A stretch of DNA of 64,000 bases, taken from assembly GCA_964538855.1 (NCBI GenBank), contig CAZIEY010000001.1, positions 245,389 through 309,388 on the forward strand, written 5' to 3'. The notes below the pieces were generated by a model. It was not told the DNA's origin. It saw only the letters and a program-made list of their open reading frames with translations, and did not search any database. The position numbers and the translations under genes were made by a program. Below are positions 49,230 through 59,155 of this stretch, one piece after another. Within the stretch, counting starts at the first letter, position 1; each line of letters begins with the position of its first letter. Origin of the DNA: an uncultured Candidatus Saccharibacteria bacterium (GTDB taxonomy: Bacteria > Patescibacteriota > Minisyncoccia > Phycocordibacterales > JAACPR01).

Positions 49230-51660
49230 TATTGAAGCTAATTTCATCTGCGAATTTTTGGCCAGATTCGTCGGTAACTTCTACTCGCATTTTATTTTTT
49301 GTTTTAATGACTGGAATCTCGCTCGGGAAGAAGGAAAGGGTTTTGTTAACTGAATCAAATGCTCCAACATTGATTCCATTGATATAGACTTCACCAGATT
49401 TTATAGCTCTTTGATCATTAAATGATCCAGAGATAACCATAATTGTATCAACGAAATATGTTTTACCGTTTTCGATCGTAGTGATTGAGAATTTGGTTTT
49501 TATTGGCTCATCGGAATTATCTGTAGAAGTAACAATGGTAGAGATGTTTTGTGATTTGAGCCATTTTTGTACACCATTTTCCCACAATTTGTATTGAGGA
49601 TCATTTTCCGGACGTCTCGGAGATGGGCCGAGGGGGTCTGTTCTATCAACCCAGTGCAAAATGTCGTGGATCTCACTTCCTCTAGAAACATTGATATTAC
49701 CATCTTTATCAACCGTTGTATTTTCACCCTTCCAGTAACCAGCGAGGATTGGTTTAATGTCCTTGTTGATCGGAGCAGGTTCGTTAAATGTTTCATTTGG
49801 GATTTTCTGTAGAACGATTTGCATGAATTCGTTCCACATTGGTGCGGCAATCATACTCGATGAGAGGGGATTCATGGATGAATTATCGTTGTTTCCGGCC
49901 CATGCCGCGACGGTAATGCTTGGGGTGTATCCGATAACCCATGCGTCACGAAAATCGTTAGTAGTACCAGTTTTAGCTGCTACATCGCGCCCTCCGAAAT
50001 AAAGAGATGATATTGGTCCGAATTGAGGTGCTCGAGCCGAGTTGTCCGTCAATATGCTAGAGATGAGACGACTAGTTTGTTCTGATAAAACACGCTCACC
50101 AACTAAGTTGTTGTTTTCAAATAATACGAGCCCTTTCGAGTCTTCAATTTTCTGGATTGAGCGCTTTGCATATTTCATTCCTTCAGCTGCGAAAACAGAA
50201 TACGCATTTGCCATATCGAGCAGGTTTACTTCACCTCCACCAAGAACGAGAGTTAGTCCGTAATGGTCTGCATCTCCAAGTGATTCGATACCCATCCGTT
50301 TTGCGAGATTCAAGGCATCTTGGATACCAGCGAGATAGAGAACTTTAATTGCAGGAATGTTTCGTGATTGGGCGAGGGCGTTTCGAAGTGTAATTGGGCC
50401 CATAAACTTTCCATCGAAGTTCGATGGGTTGTAACAATCACCCCCTTGCGAACATGCTACAGAGAATTCTGTTTCGGTATCAAATAAAACCGTTTCTGGA
50501 CGGTATCCTTTGTTGAAGGCTTCTGCGTATACGAACGGTTTAAAAGTTGAACCTGGCTGGCGATTAGCAGTCGCGATGTTAAAGTTTCCGTCAATCTCTC
50601 TATCGAAATAATCTCGCGAACCAACCATTACTAGGATGTCACCGTTTTTAGGATCAAGCGCAACCATTGCGCCATTTTCGGCCTTTGCCCGCACCACATT
50701 TTCGAGTGAGCGTCGATGAACAATTTCTTCTGCTTTTTGTTGCAATTCCCAATCGAGAGTAGTGGTAACGCGCAACCCGCCATTTTCCACAATATCTTTA
50801 CCGTATTCCTTTTCGAGCTGCTCAATAATATACATGACGAAGTGCGGGGCTTTGATTCCGTAGGCCTCTGGTTTTTGAAAAGTTACGACGGTTTTTTGGG
50901 CTTCATCATGTTCTGTCGCGGTAATAAATTTTGAATCGAGCATTCGATCGAGCACATAATTTTTTCGATCCTCTAATTTTTGTAAGTTACCACCGTAAGG
51001 AGAGAAGTATGTGGGTGCCTGAGGGAGGGCAGCGAGGTACGCTGCTTCTGCCAAGGTGAGCTCGAGCGCGCTCTTACCGTAAAATCGGTGGCTCGCTTCT
51101 TCTATACCGTAGACACTACCACCATAAGGGATTTCGTTGAGATAAATTTCGAGAATTTGGTCCTTGGAAAGTACTTTTTCTAGGCGAGGAGCCAAAACCC
51201 ATTCCTTTAATTTTCGAGAAATGGTTTTTTCTCTAGTAAGGAGTGCGTTTTTAATAACCTGCTGTGTAATAGTTGAACCACCTTGCCCGCTTAAAAGATC
51301 ACCATTTTTGAGGTTGTTTTTGATTGCACGAAAAATCGATGAGATTTCGATACCGTTGTGCTTATAAAAATTCTGATCTTCGACGGCGATAGTGGCTTTC
51401 TGGAGATAATTTGAGATTTTTTCGAGTGGTACAACAGTTCGTTTAATGTCGCCATATACGTCGTAGAGGACAACTTTACCAGTACGATCATAAATTTTGG
51501 TTGATTGCGAAACTCTACGTTCTTCGAAGGAGTTCAAATTGGGTAAATTGATCGTTGTGGTCCAAATGATAAAGGCTCCAACAATAAACATACCAGCGAT
51601 AATGACCCACAAAAAGACCTTTTTGGTAATATTTAGATATTTTTTTTGTTTCTCTGTCAT
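49222..51660 (-). CDS. Class A penicillin-binding protein
   Basis: ED..FY.H.G, GGSTITQQ, RKLKE, STFK, SRN, KTGT. Confidence 0.95.
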   Translation of the reverse strand: MTEKQKKYLNITKKVFLWVIIAGMFIVGAFIIWTTTINLPNLNSFEERRVSQSTKIYDRTGKVVLYDVYGDIKRTVVPLEKISNYLQKATIAVEDQNFYKHNGIEISSIFRAIKNNLKNGDLLSGQGGSTITQQVIKNALLTREKTISRKLKEWVLAPRLEKVLSKDQILEIYLNEIPYGGSVYGIEEASHRFYGKSALELTLAEAAYLAALPQAPTYFSPYGGNLQKLEDRKNYVLDRMLDSKFITATEHDEAQKTVVTFQKPEAYGIKAPHFVMYIIEQLEKEYGKDIVENGGLRVTTTLDWELQQKAEEIVHRRSLENVVRAKAENGAMVALDPKNGDILVMVGSRDYFDREIDGNFNIATANRQPGSTFKPFVYAEAFNKGYRPETVLFDTETEFSVACSQGGDCYNPSNFDGKFMGPITLRNALAQSRNIPAIKVLYLAGIQDALNLAKRMGIESLGDADHYGLTLVLGGGEVNLLDMANAYSVFAAEGMKYAKRSIQKIEDSKGLVLFENNNLVGERVLSEQTSRLISSILTDNSARAPQFGPISSLYFGGRDVAAKTGTTNDFRDAWVIGYTPSITVAAWAGNNDNSSMNPLSSSMIAAPMWNEFMQIVLQKIPNETFNEPAPINKDIKPILAGYWKGENTTVDKDGNINVSRGSEIHDILHWVDRTDPLGPSPRRPENDPQYKLWENGVQKWLKSQNISTIVTSTDNSDEPIKTKFSITTIENGKTYFVDTIMVISGSFNDQRAIKSGEVYINGINVGAFDSVNKTLSFFPSEIPVIKTKNKMRVEVTDESGQKFADEISFNIK

Positions 51661-51718
51661 ATATTGTTATTATACTGCGGATTTAGTAAATCGTATTTTT
51701 GATGTTAGAATATACTAT

Positions 51719-52936
51719 ATGTTTAGATTAAATAAATCAAAGGTGGATACGAATCCAGAAAAGATAGAACGATTATTAACGCGCAACGTCGAAGAAATCT
51801 TCATTAAGGAAAATCTACGAAAACAGCTTTTGTCTGGACGACGCCTCAAAATTAAGCTCGGTTTTGATCCAACTGGTTCGAAAATTCACATTGGTCGAGC
51901 CATTGTGTTGCGAAAATTGCGCGAATTTCAGGATTTGGGTCACGAAATTATCTTTTTGGTGGGTGATTTTACTGCGCGTATTGGTGACCCTTCCGATAAG
52001 TTGGAAAAACGCCCGATGTTGGACTCGAAAAAAATTAAAGAAAATCTCAAGGATTACAAACGTCAGGTTGGGAAAATTATTGATTTGAAAAAAGTACGTT
52101 TTGTATACAACAATGATTGGCTTTCAAAATTGAAATTTGATGAAATTGTAAATCTCGCCGAGAGTTTTACTGTGAGTCAAATGACAAGTCGCCGCAATTT
52201 CAAGGATCGTCTCGATAAAGGAGAGGAAGTTTCTTTGCGTGAATTTTTATATCCGCTCATGCAAGGCTACGATTCATACGAATTGGATGCTGATGTTGAA
52301 TTGGGCGGCTTTGATCAATTGTTCAATTTAAAAGCAGGTCGCATCATTCAAAAACACTACGGCATGCGCGAACAGGATATTTTGTCGACAGTAATGCTCG
52401 AAGGAACCGATGGACGCAAAATGTCTACTAGCTGGGGGAATGTAATCAATACTATTGATGAGCCGAACGATATGTATGGCAAGGTTATGTCAGTGCGCGA
52501 TGATTTGATTGTAAAATATATGCGAGCTTGCACCGATATGACTGATGTGGAAATTACTCAAGTTGAAGCCGATTTGTCCAAAGGTTTAAACCCGCGCGAC
52601 GCAAAAATGCGACTTGGTCGTGAATTGGTAACAATGTATCACTCAAAAGATGCTTCTGAAAAAGCAGAACAAAACTTCATTTCGACATTTCAAAAGAAAG
52701 AAGGTGCACCAGAAGACACAAAAGAAGTGAAAGTTTCTTCGGGCGTTGCGCTCGTCGATGTTGTAATTGCCGAAGGTGTCGCGCCATCGAAATCAGAATG
52801 GCGACGATTGCTCGATAGTGGGGCAGTATCAAATGTCGAGACTGGTGAGAAAATCACAGATCCAAACTTTAAAGTCACGTCATCGATTACGATTAAAGCC
52901 GGTAAAAAACGCTTTTTGAAAATCTTTGTGAAATAA
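51719..52936 (+). CDS. tyrS: Tyrosyl-tRNA synthetase
   Basis: GFDPT, HIGR, YPLMQGYD, GGFDQ, KMSTS; start at ATG 51719. Confidence 0.96.
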   Translation: MFRLNKSKVDTNPEKIERLLTRNVEEIFIKENLRKQLLSGRRLKIKLGFDPTGSKIHIGRAIVLRKLREFQDLGHEIIFLVGDFTARIGDPSDKLEKRPMLDSKKIKENLKDYKRQVGKIIDLKKVRFVYNNDWLSKLKFDEIVNLAESFTVSQMTSRRNFKDRLDKGEEVSLREFLYPLMQGYDSYELDADVELGGFDQLFNLKAGRIIQKHYGMREQDILSTVMLEGTDGRKMSTSWGNVINTIDEPNDMYGKVMSVRDDLIVKYMRACTDMTDVEITQVEADLSKGLNPRDAKMRLGRELVTMYHSKDASEKAEQNFISTFQKKEGAPEDTKEVKVSSGVALVDVVIAEGVAPSKSEWRRLLDSGAVSNVETGEKITDPNFKVTSSITIKAGKKRFLKIFVK

Positions 52937-52981
52937 GAAATCAAAAACTTTTGGGTCTGGCTAGGTGTTGTTGCTCTCGGA

Positions 52982-53069
52982 TAAATAAAACAAAAACTCT
53001 TAATTTTAAAGTCCTCGGGTCGCTTTCGCTCAACCAGACTTTTAAAATTAAGAGTTTTTGTTTTATTTA
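52982..53069 (-). repeat. Short copy of dispersed palindromic element (family A)
   Basis: 32-bp arms with one bulge; minus-strand core tggttgagc-GAAA-gcgacccgag. Confidence 0.85.
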
Positions 53070-53276
53070 GAAACTGTCCTCATCATCAAAATCTCCGACA
53101 ACAAAGTCTATATCCTCCTCATCTGTTCCTGCGTCAGGATCGACTTCACCAAACACACTCTCTTTAATAGGAGTAATTGCTTCATCTTCCTCTATCTCAA
53201 CAACCTCGTCGAACGCATCGTCCGAAATTTCTTTGAGGTCGTCGTCGTTTATTGTTGTATCATCATTATCTGACAT
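53067..53276 (-). CDS. Very acidic 69-aa protein
   Basis: About 30 of 69 residues are D/E. Confidence 0.65.
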   Translation of the reverse strand: MSDNDDTTINDDDLKEISDDAFDEVVEIEEDEAITPIKESVFGEVDPDAGTDEEDIDFVVGDFDDEDSF

Positions 53277-53364
53277 GATTCGAAAAAATTAAAATATTTT
53301 TAATAACTTACTATCTTGTATCAATAAAAAAATATCTTGGCAAGAATTTTCCTGTGGATAGTCG

Positions 53365-53844
53365 CTAGAATGTAACGTGATGAGCGAAATAAGTCAAGCC
53401 GACTGCGATTGCATCGAACTCGTCGTCACTTTTTATGTCCTTTTTTATCTCGATGAGGCGAGGGATCATGGTCATTATGGCGCGTTTGTCGCTCTTGCCA
53501 TAGCTTGTGATTGCGACTTTTATTGCGTTTGGCATGAATTCTGCAACGTCGAGGCCGGATGTGACGGCTGATGCGATGATTGCACCGCGAGCCTCGGAAA
53601 CCATGAGCGCAGTTTTTGTGTTTTTAGCAAAGAAAAGTGTTTCTATGGCGAGCACTGTGGGGGAGTGGGCTTCGATAATTTCTTTTATTTTATTTTGAAT
53701 GAGGCCGAGTCGTTGTGGGTGAGGGAGTTTTGCTGAAGTTTTAAAACATTCGGAATAAAGCAACATCTCTTTTTGTTTCGGCTGTTTTTCAATTATGGCG
53801 ATACCGAGCCGTTCGTAGCCAGGGTCGATAGAGATGATTTTCAT
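53365..53844 (-). CDS. ruvC: Holliday junction resolvase RuvC
   Basis: IDPGY, AIETLFF, EARG, DDEFDAIA. Confidence 0.95.
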   Translation of the reverse strand: MKIISIDPGYERLGIAIIEKQPKQKEMLLYSECFKTSAKLPHPQRLGLIQNKIKEIIEAHSPTVLAIETLFFAKNTKTALMVSEARGAIIASAVTSGLDVAEFMPNAIKVAITSYGKSDKRAIMTMIPRLIEIKKDIKSDDEFDAIAVGLTYFAHHVTF

Positions 53845-53880
53845 GTGTCCATTATACACAATTTGTACACAGAATTCCGC

Positions 53881-53910
53881 TTGACAAATGGTGTACACTC
53901 GGTGTACACT
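53881..53910 (+). promoter_or_regulatory. TA promoter with tandem palindromic operators
   Basis: TTGACA-18-TACACT; GGTGTACACT twice (53890, 53901); further TGTACA at 53863. Confidence 0.8.
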
Positions 53911-53916
53911 TTATTC

Positions 53917-54198
53917 ATGAATAACACGGTACTTAGAAAAGAAAAAGTCCCAGAATTTGTTGGGGTAAAGGAATTTCGGAATAATATTTCGAATTATATT
54001 GCCAAGGCTCAAAAATCTGGCAAAAAAATTATTCTTACAGTCAATAACATTCCTACATTTGAAATGCGTCCAATCAAAAAAGAGCAAGTGTATTCAAAGC
54101 AATTTATTGCGGACATATTAGAGGCAGAGGAAGACGTTAAACACGGTCGTGTATATTCACACGAATATGTTTTAAAAAAGTTTGGCTTCAAAAAATGA
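53917..54198 (+). CDS. Phd/YefM-like antitoxin
   Basis: VGVKEFRNNI, IILTVNN.P, AEEDVKHGRVYS; overlaps toxin start. Confidence 0.85.
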   Translation: MNNTVLRKEKVPEFVGVKEFRNNISNYIAKAQKSGKKIILTVNNIPTFEMRPIKKEQVYSKQFIADILEAEEDVKHGRVYSHEYVLKKFGFKK

Positions 54199-54461
54199 TT
54201 TATTTTTCTCACACATCGAAAGCGATACAAGATTTAGAACAAATAGATAGTTATAATGCGAAAAGGATTACTCTCAAAATTGGCCAGTATGAAAATGACC
54301 CTCATCCTCTCACGCGAGCAAAACCTCTCTCTGGAAATTGGCACAACAGGTTTCGGTATCGAATAGGGGATTACAGAGCAATATTCAAATATGAACAAAA
54401 TGGTAACGATTATCTCGTTACCATTTTGCGTATTAAACACAGAAAAGATGTGTATGAATAA
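54195..54461 (+). CDS. RelE/ParE-family toxin
   Basis: KPLSG, RYRIGDYRAIF, IKHRKDVY. Confidence 0.9.
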   Translation: MIYFSHTSKAIQDLEQIDSYNAKRITLKIGQYENDPHPLTRAKPLSGNWHNRFRYRIGDYRAIFKYEQNGNDYLVTILRIKHRKDVYE

Positions 54462-54995
54462 CTATTCTGCATTCGTAAACACTTCTTGAACATCTTCTAA
54501 TGCGTCGAGCGCATCAACCAAATCGTTCAATTTGTTTCCGTCTTCCTCGTTAACTGACACCATTGTGACGGGAATCATTTTCCGCCCCTCGCGTTTGAAA
54601 GCCCATGAAGCAGAGCCGATTGCAGCCAATTCCGCACCGCATTTATCTGACAAAATGTGTTTCACTTCGGCGACAGTGCGGTTTTTGTTGTCGGTAAGGG
54701 CGTCGATGACGATGGCGACTCCGCCTGGACCGTAGGCTTCGTAGGTGACTGGTTCGAGCGCCGCAGTGTTTCGATCCGTTCCTTTTTTGACGGCTCGCTC
54801 AATCGTGTCCTTTGGCATATTTTCTTTTTTGGCTGCTTCGATCACAGTCGCAAGAGAAGGGGACGACACATCACCGTTGCATTTTTTAGATTCGGCCGTG
54901 ATAACGCGCGATAATTTTGAAAAGATGTTGCTCTTTTTTGCGTCTTCGGCACCCTTTTTGTTTTTAATTTTTGACCATTTATTATGTCCTGACAT
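54462..54995 (-). CDS. yebC: YebC/PmpR-family protein, shortened
   Basis: MSGHNKWSKIK, YEAYGPGG, TDNKNRT. Confidence 0.93.
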   Translation of the reverse strand: MSGHNKWSKIKNKKGAEDAKKSNIFSKLSRVITAESKKCNGDVSSPSLATVIEAAKKENMPKDTIERAVKKGTDRNTAALEPVTYEAYGPGGVAIVIDALTDNKNRTVAEVKHILSDKCGAELAAIGSASWAFKREGRKMIPVTMVSVNEEDGNKLNDLVDALDALEDVQEVFTNAE

Positions 54996-55151
54996 GTGAT
55001 TGTTGGTTAATGCGCTCATTATATGTAAAGGAAGGAGGTTTTGGAAGCGTTGACATATTTAGTTGTAAATTGTAGTGTTTGATATGAAGTTGTAGACGCA
55101 ATTCACTCCGGATTGTGCTTGTGCAACAAAGATTCGATAGGAGAATCAGTC

Positions 55152-55373
55152 ATGTTGGATAAAGTTGGTAGACTGCTGAGACTGCTGAGACTGCTGAGAC
55201 AAAAACTTCGGGGTTCTGAGGGGCGAGAATACATGAGGCGAATAGAGGCGATCCTCTCTACGCCGCTACCCGTGCAACCCAACCAGCTGCACGACAAACC
55301 GAACCCCAACGCACAGACTGTCCTCGTCACAGAACGGGATTTGGGCGACCGGGCAATCTCGTTGGAGGAGTGA
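55152..55373 (+). CDS. Small orphan ORF
   Basis: TTGACA promoter near 55050, AGGAG upstream, terminator hairpin 55402-55450. Confidence 0.5.
   Translation: MLDKVGRLLRLLRLLRQKLRGSEGREYMRRIEAILSTPLPVQPNQLHDKPNPNAQTVLVTERDLGDRAISLEE
55170..55200 (+). repeat. 9-bp tandem repeat (AGACTGCTG x3)
   Basis: Read directly; encodes RLL x3. Confidence 0.9.
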
Positions 55374-55452
55374 ACGGGTCCATCGCCTTAGCTGGCGAAT
55401 CTCCAAGTTGTAGGTTGCGTCAGTCTTGACGCTCCGCAACTTGGTTTTTTAT

Positions 55453-56475
55453 TTATAATAACTTCTCCTGTATATGCTCCGGCACCTCTACACCCATATG
55501 TTTATACCCCAACGCCGTCGCTTTGCGGCCGCGCGAAGTTCGCTCGATAAAGCCGAGTTGCAGCAAATACGGCTCGTTGAATTCCTCGATTGTGCTTTCT
55601 TCTTCGGAAAGTGACATCGCGAGCGTGCCGAGTCCGACTGGTCCGCCGTTGAATTTTTTAATCAAAGTTTCCATCACGACAATGTCTGCCTTTGTCAGAC
55701 CGAGCGTATCAATATCAAGCATTGAAAGAGTTTTCAAAACGCTCGCCCGGTGCAAGTCAGTCTGATTGATTTGGCTATAATCGCGACATCGTTTCAAAAG
55801 GTAGTTTGCAGTGCGGGGAGTTTTGCGGCTGCGCTTTGCAATTTCGGCGCATGCGTCACCGTCGATTTTGACTCCGAGAATTTTTGCAGATCGTGCGATG
55901 ATTTTCTCAATCTCAGCGTCGCTGTAAAATTCGAGACGGAATGTTCCTCCTGAAAATCGTGATCGAAGCGGTGCGGAAACCATAGCGACTTTTGTTGTCG
56001 CGGCGATCAATGTAAAAGGCGGCAATTCCAATTGAATGGAACGCGCGCTCGGACCCTTGCCGATAATAATATCAAGCACACCTGATTCCATAGCAGGATA
56101 GAGGATTTCCTCGATCGATTTGTTCAGGCGGTGAATTTCGTCGATGAACAACACGTCGCCTGGTGCGAGGTTTGTGAGGATGCTTGCGAGGTCGCCAATC
56201 TTTTCAATTGAAGGTCCTGATGTAATTTTTATCTGTGCACCAATGTGTTTTGCGATCAAATGGGCAAGCGTCGTCTTGCCGAGCCCCGGTGGACCATAAA
56301 AAAGGATGTGTTCCGGCGGGTGATTGCGCTGTTTTGCAGCTGAAAGCAGAACGTGGAGGTTGTTTTTTATGCTTTCCTGACCAATATATTCGTCCCAAGT
56401 GTCGGGGCGCAATTGTTGGTCCAAAATAACCTCCTCTTTTGGAGCCGCTTGTTCTGTTTTCAAATCGCTTGACAT
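55453..56475 (-). CDS. ruvB: Holliday junction helicase RuvB
   Basis: LRP, YIGQ, GPPGLGKTT, DEIHR, LYPAME. Confidence 0.98.
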   Translation of the reverse strand: MSSDLKTEQAAPKEEVILDQQLRPDTWDEYIGQESIKNNLHVLLSAAKQRNHPPEHILFYGPPGLGKTTLAHLIAKHIGAQIKITSGPSIEKIGDLASILTNLAPGDVLFIDEIHRLNKSIEEILYPAMESGVLDIIIGKGPSARSIQLELPPFTLIAATTKVAMVSAPLRSRFSGGTFRLEFYSDAEIEKIIARSAKILGVKIDGDACAEIAKRSRKTPRTANYLLKRCRDYSQINQTDLHRASVLKTLSMLDIDTLGLTKADIVVMETLIKKFNGGPVGLGTLAMSLSEEESTIEEFNEPYLLQLGFIERTSRGRKATALGYKHMGVEVPEHIQEKLL

Positions 56476-56571
56476 ATTTTTTATATATGCTATTATATCA
56501 CCTGAAGACGAAATTTGCTCTCCACAAGACTTGCCCGCGCGACTTATTCATAGCCGCGCCTTTATCCAAGT

Positions 56572-56724
56572 CATAAATCTCTAAACAACGTGGTTCACGC
56601 CTAACAAGGTATTGCTTCGAGGACGTTCCTGGTTTCAAAACTTCGGTTTTGTTGCTGTGACTATCCTCAGAACCTTACCTGCCTTCAAACAAACGAGTTT
56701 GATTGATTTGTTTAGAGATTTATG
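56572..56724 (+). repeat. 153-nt element with 17-bp terminal inverted repeat and internal hairpins (family B)
   Basis: cataaatctctaaacaa/ttgtttagagatttatg; caaaac-TTCG-gttttg hairpin; gaggacgttc core. Confidence 0.75.
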
Positions 56725-56750
56725 TTTTGGATCTCTGTGGTGTGCTTCGT

Positions 56751-56795
56751 AAAAAAGAACTTCTTGTAACTAATATTACAGAAGTTCTTTTTTAT
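56751..56795. terminator. Bidirectional terminator-like hairpin
   Basis: aaaaaagaacttct/agaagttctttttt. Confidence 0.65.
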
Positions 56796-56889
56796 TACAA
56801 CTGGTCAGTGGGGAGTTTTTGTTTTATAAGTTTCCAAGCATCAGATTTTACGATCATCTGGCAAAAAGAGGGTAGAGTTTTGTGGGTTT

Positions 56890-57372
56890 TTACTTCGCTT
56901 GGTACCAATTGATGTATTTTACAGGATCCGTTTTTTCGTAGTCAATTTTATTTTGAAAATACTGAATTCCTCTAAATCCACTCACAAATACTGCGATAAG
57001 AAACATTGGTACAAAAATAAATCCTCCGTAATATGCACCAAATACAACACCAAGTATTATCGTCTCTACGAATAGGGAACTCGTGAGTCCCCCTGCTCCA
57101 ACAAAAAGGCTTGCAATCACTGATAATAATAAAATACAAGAAATGAAAGAATACGTTTTAAAGTACCTAAGTTGTATAAAACAAAACATCAAAAATAATA
57201 AAATACAGTTAATGATGTAATACACCAAGTGAAAATCTGTTGTATTACCTAGCAAAAAATCAGAATCAGAGCTCATTATGTTGTAAAGTAAAGTCAGTAT
57301 GATAGTTCCCGCTGTAGCCCAACCAAGAAATGCACCGTATCGCTGATGATTTTTATATGGAATTATTTTCAT
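56890..57372 (-). CDS. AT-rich hypothetical membrane protein
   Basis: About four TM segments; overlaps the stop of the ATPase gene. Confidence 0.65.
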   Translation of the reverse strand: MKIIPYKNHQRYGAFLGWATAGTIILTLLYNIMSSDSDFLLGNTTDFHLVYYIINCILLFLMFCFIQLRYFKTYSFISCILLLSVIASLFVGAGGLTSSLFVETIILGVVFGAYYGGFIFVPMFLIAVFVSGFRGIQYFQNKIDYEKTDPVKYINWYQAK

Positions 57373-59087
57373 ATGTTAGGAGTTGCCTCAGTACCATCAG
57401 CTATCTTTCCTTCGCGTTTCTCCATATCCACCGTTCGCGCCACTTCTTCCCAGTCGGTGAGACCGGCTAAAATCTTAATGAGACCGTCTTGAGACATATC
57501 CATCATGCCTGCAGCAGCAGCCACCTTTTTAATTTCACGTTCGCTTGGGTTGTCTTGAACGATTGCTTCGATTTCTGGGGTAGTAGTGATGGCTTCATAA
57601 ATACCGAGACGTCCACGGTAGCCAGTTTTGTTACACTTTTCGCAACCAACCGGTTCGTAAATTGTGTCGGTAAAAACAGGTTTGTGTTCTGTTGGAATTG
57701 ATTCGTGAATTGATTTTGCAATTTCCAAAATCGCAGGGGACATTTTCACGGCTTTCTTACAATGCACACATAATTTTCGAGCGAGACGTTGCGCAATCAC
57801 GAGAGTGAGCGCTGACGTTAAAATTTTTGAATTGATACCAAGGTCAATGAGACGAGGGTATGCACCCGCCGCATTATTGGTGTGAAGGGTAGAGAACACA
57901 ATGTGACCAGTGAGCGCCGCCTGCACCGCAGTTTCGGCTGTGTCGTAATCTCGAATTTCACCCACCATGATGACATCGGGGTCCTGACGGAGGGAACTCT
58001 TGAGACCTTTTGCAAAGTCATATTCCATTTTCGGATTGACTTGAGTCTGCACAACACCTGCGAGGTGATATTCAATCGGGTCTTCGATAGTAATGATTTT
58101 AATGTCAGCTCCGCGCTTTTTGTTGAGAAAGGCGTAGAGTGTCGTTGTTTTACCGGAACCAGTCGGACCAGTATTCAAAATCATCCCGTGCGGTTTGTTA
58201 ATTTCGCGCATGAAAATTTCAATCAAATATGGTGGCACACCGAGGTCTTCGATCGGAATTGAAAGGGAATTCGGGTCGAGAAGACGCATAACAATAGACT
58301 CTCCATAATTTCCCGGTAATACCGACGAACGAATTTCAATTTCGTGTTCACCGACTTTTACACTGAAACGACCGTCCTGCGCATTGTCTCTAATGTTAAT
58401 TTTCAGACCAGATAATAATTTGATGCGGGACAAAAGAAGTCGATATGTTTCGTGATCAAATGCGCTGACTTTGATGAGTACGCCGTCGATGCGGAATCGT
58501 AATGTGACGCTTTCTTCTTCGGGTTCGACGTGAATATCGGATGCCTTGGTGGCCATTGCTGCAGCGACAATGACTTCGACAATTCGCGAAATGCGGAAGC
58601 TTTTTTTCATTGTCATCATTTCTTCGATCAGTGCGCGTGCGCTGTCTATGTTTTGTACTTTCGTCATGAACTCTTCAATTTCTCCACTTGAAATATCAAG
58701 GGAGCCAGCTTTTGAAACTTGAGCAAAGGAAATGTCGGCATAACGCGACCAAGCCTTGTTGAGACTTTTTGTGGAGACAAGAAAAGGTTTGATGAAATAT
58801 CCGCGTCGTTCTAGATCGGCAATTTCATTTTTCACCTCCTGACGATTTGGCGTTTTCATCGCAAAAGAAACCGTTTTGTTATTCATATTAAAAACTGCGA
58901 CTTGGGTTGCGCGCGCACGATCTTCTGGGATAAGTCGTAGCGCATCAGTGTTGATTGTTTCACCAGACAAATCAATATATGAAATCCCGTAGCGAGAAGA
59001 GAGGGTCTGGGCTAACTCCTCCTCTTCAACTTCAAGGAGTGAATCAATGCGCTGATTTTGTTTTTCCTCATCAAACTTAATGGTCAT
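57369..59087 (-). CDS. Second PilB/GspE-family ATPase
   Basis: ASDIHVEP, GPTGSGKT, EDPIEY, RQDPD, CVHC and CEKC zinc site. Confidence 0.92.
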   Translation of the reverse strand: MTIKFDEEKQNQRIDSLLEVEEEELAQTLSSRYGISYIDLSGETINTDALRLIPEDRARATQVAVFNMNNKTVSFAMKTPNRQEVKNEIADLERRGYFIKPFLVSTKSLNKAWSRYADISFAQVSKAGSLDISSGEIEEFMTKVQNIDSARALIEEMMTMKKSFRISRIVEVIVAAAMATKASDIHVEPEEESVTLRFRIDGVLIKVSAFDHETYRLLLSRIKLLSGLKINIRDNAQDGRFSVKVGEHEIEIRSSVLPGNYGESIVMRLLDPNSLSIPIEDLGVPPYLIEIFMREINKPHGMILNTGPTGSGKTTTLYAFLNKKRGADIKIITIEDPIEYHLAGVVQTQVNPKMEYDFAKGLKSSLRQDPDVIMVGEIRDYDTAETAVQAALTGHIVFSTLHTNNAAGAYPRLIDLGINSKILTSALTLVIAQRLARKLCVHCKKAVKMSPAILEIAKSIHESIPTEHKPVFTDTIYEPVGCEKCNKTGYRGRLGIYEAITTTPEIEAIVQDNPSEREIKKVAAAAGMMDMSQDGLIKILAGLTDWEEVARTVDMEKREGKIADGTEATPNI

Positions 59088-59155
59088 TTGAGCTTATTTT
59101 ATCAGACAATCGTGGTTTTGGGGCGGGGATATTCATAATATGTTAAAATAATCAT

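Noticed and set aside
51497-51718. Long N-terminal extension of tyrS
   Set aside because: Overlaps the PBP gene antisense; a -10 box supports ATG 51719
59131-59149. dif-like sequence attcataatatgttaaaat
   Set aside because: Lacks the central spacer, overlaps the tsaE -10 box and lies near the origin
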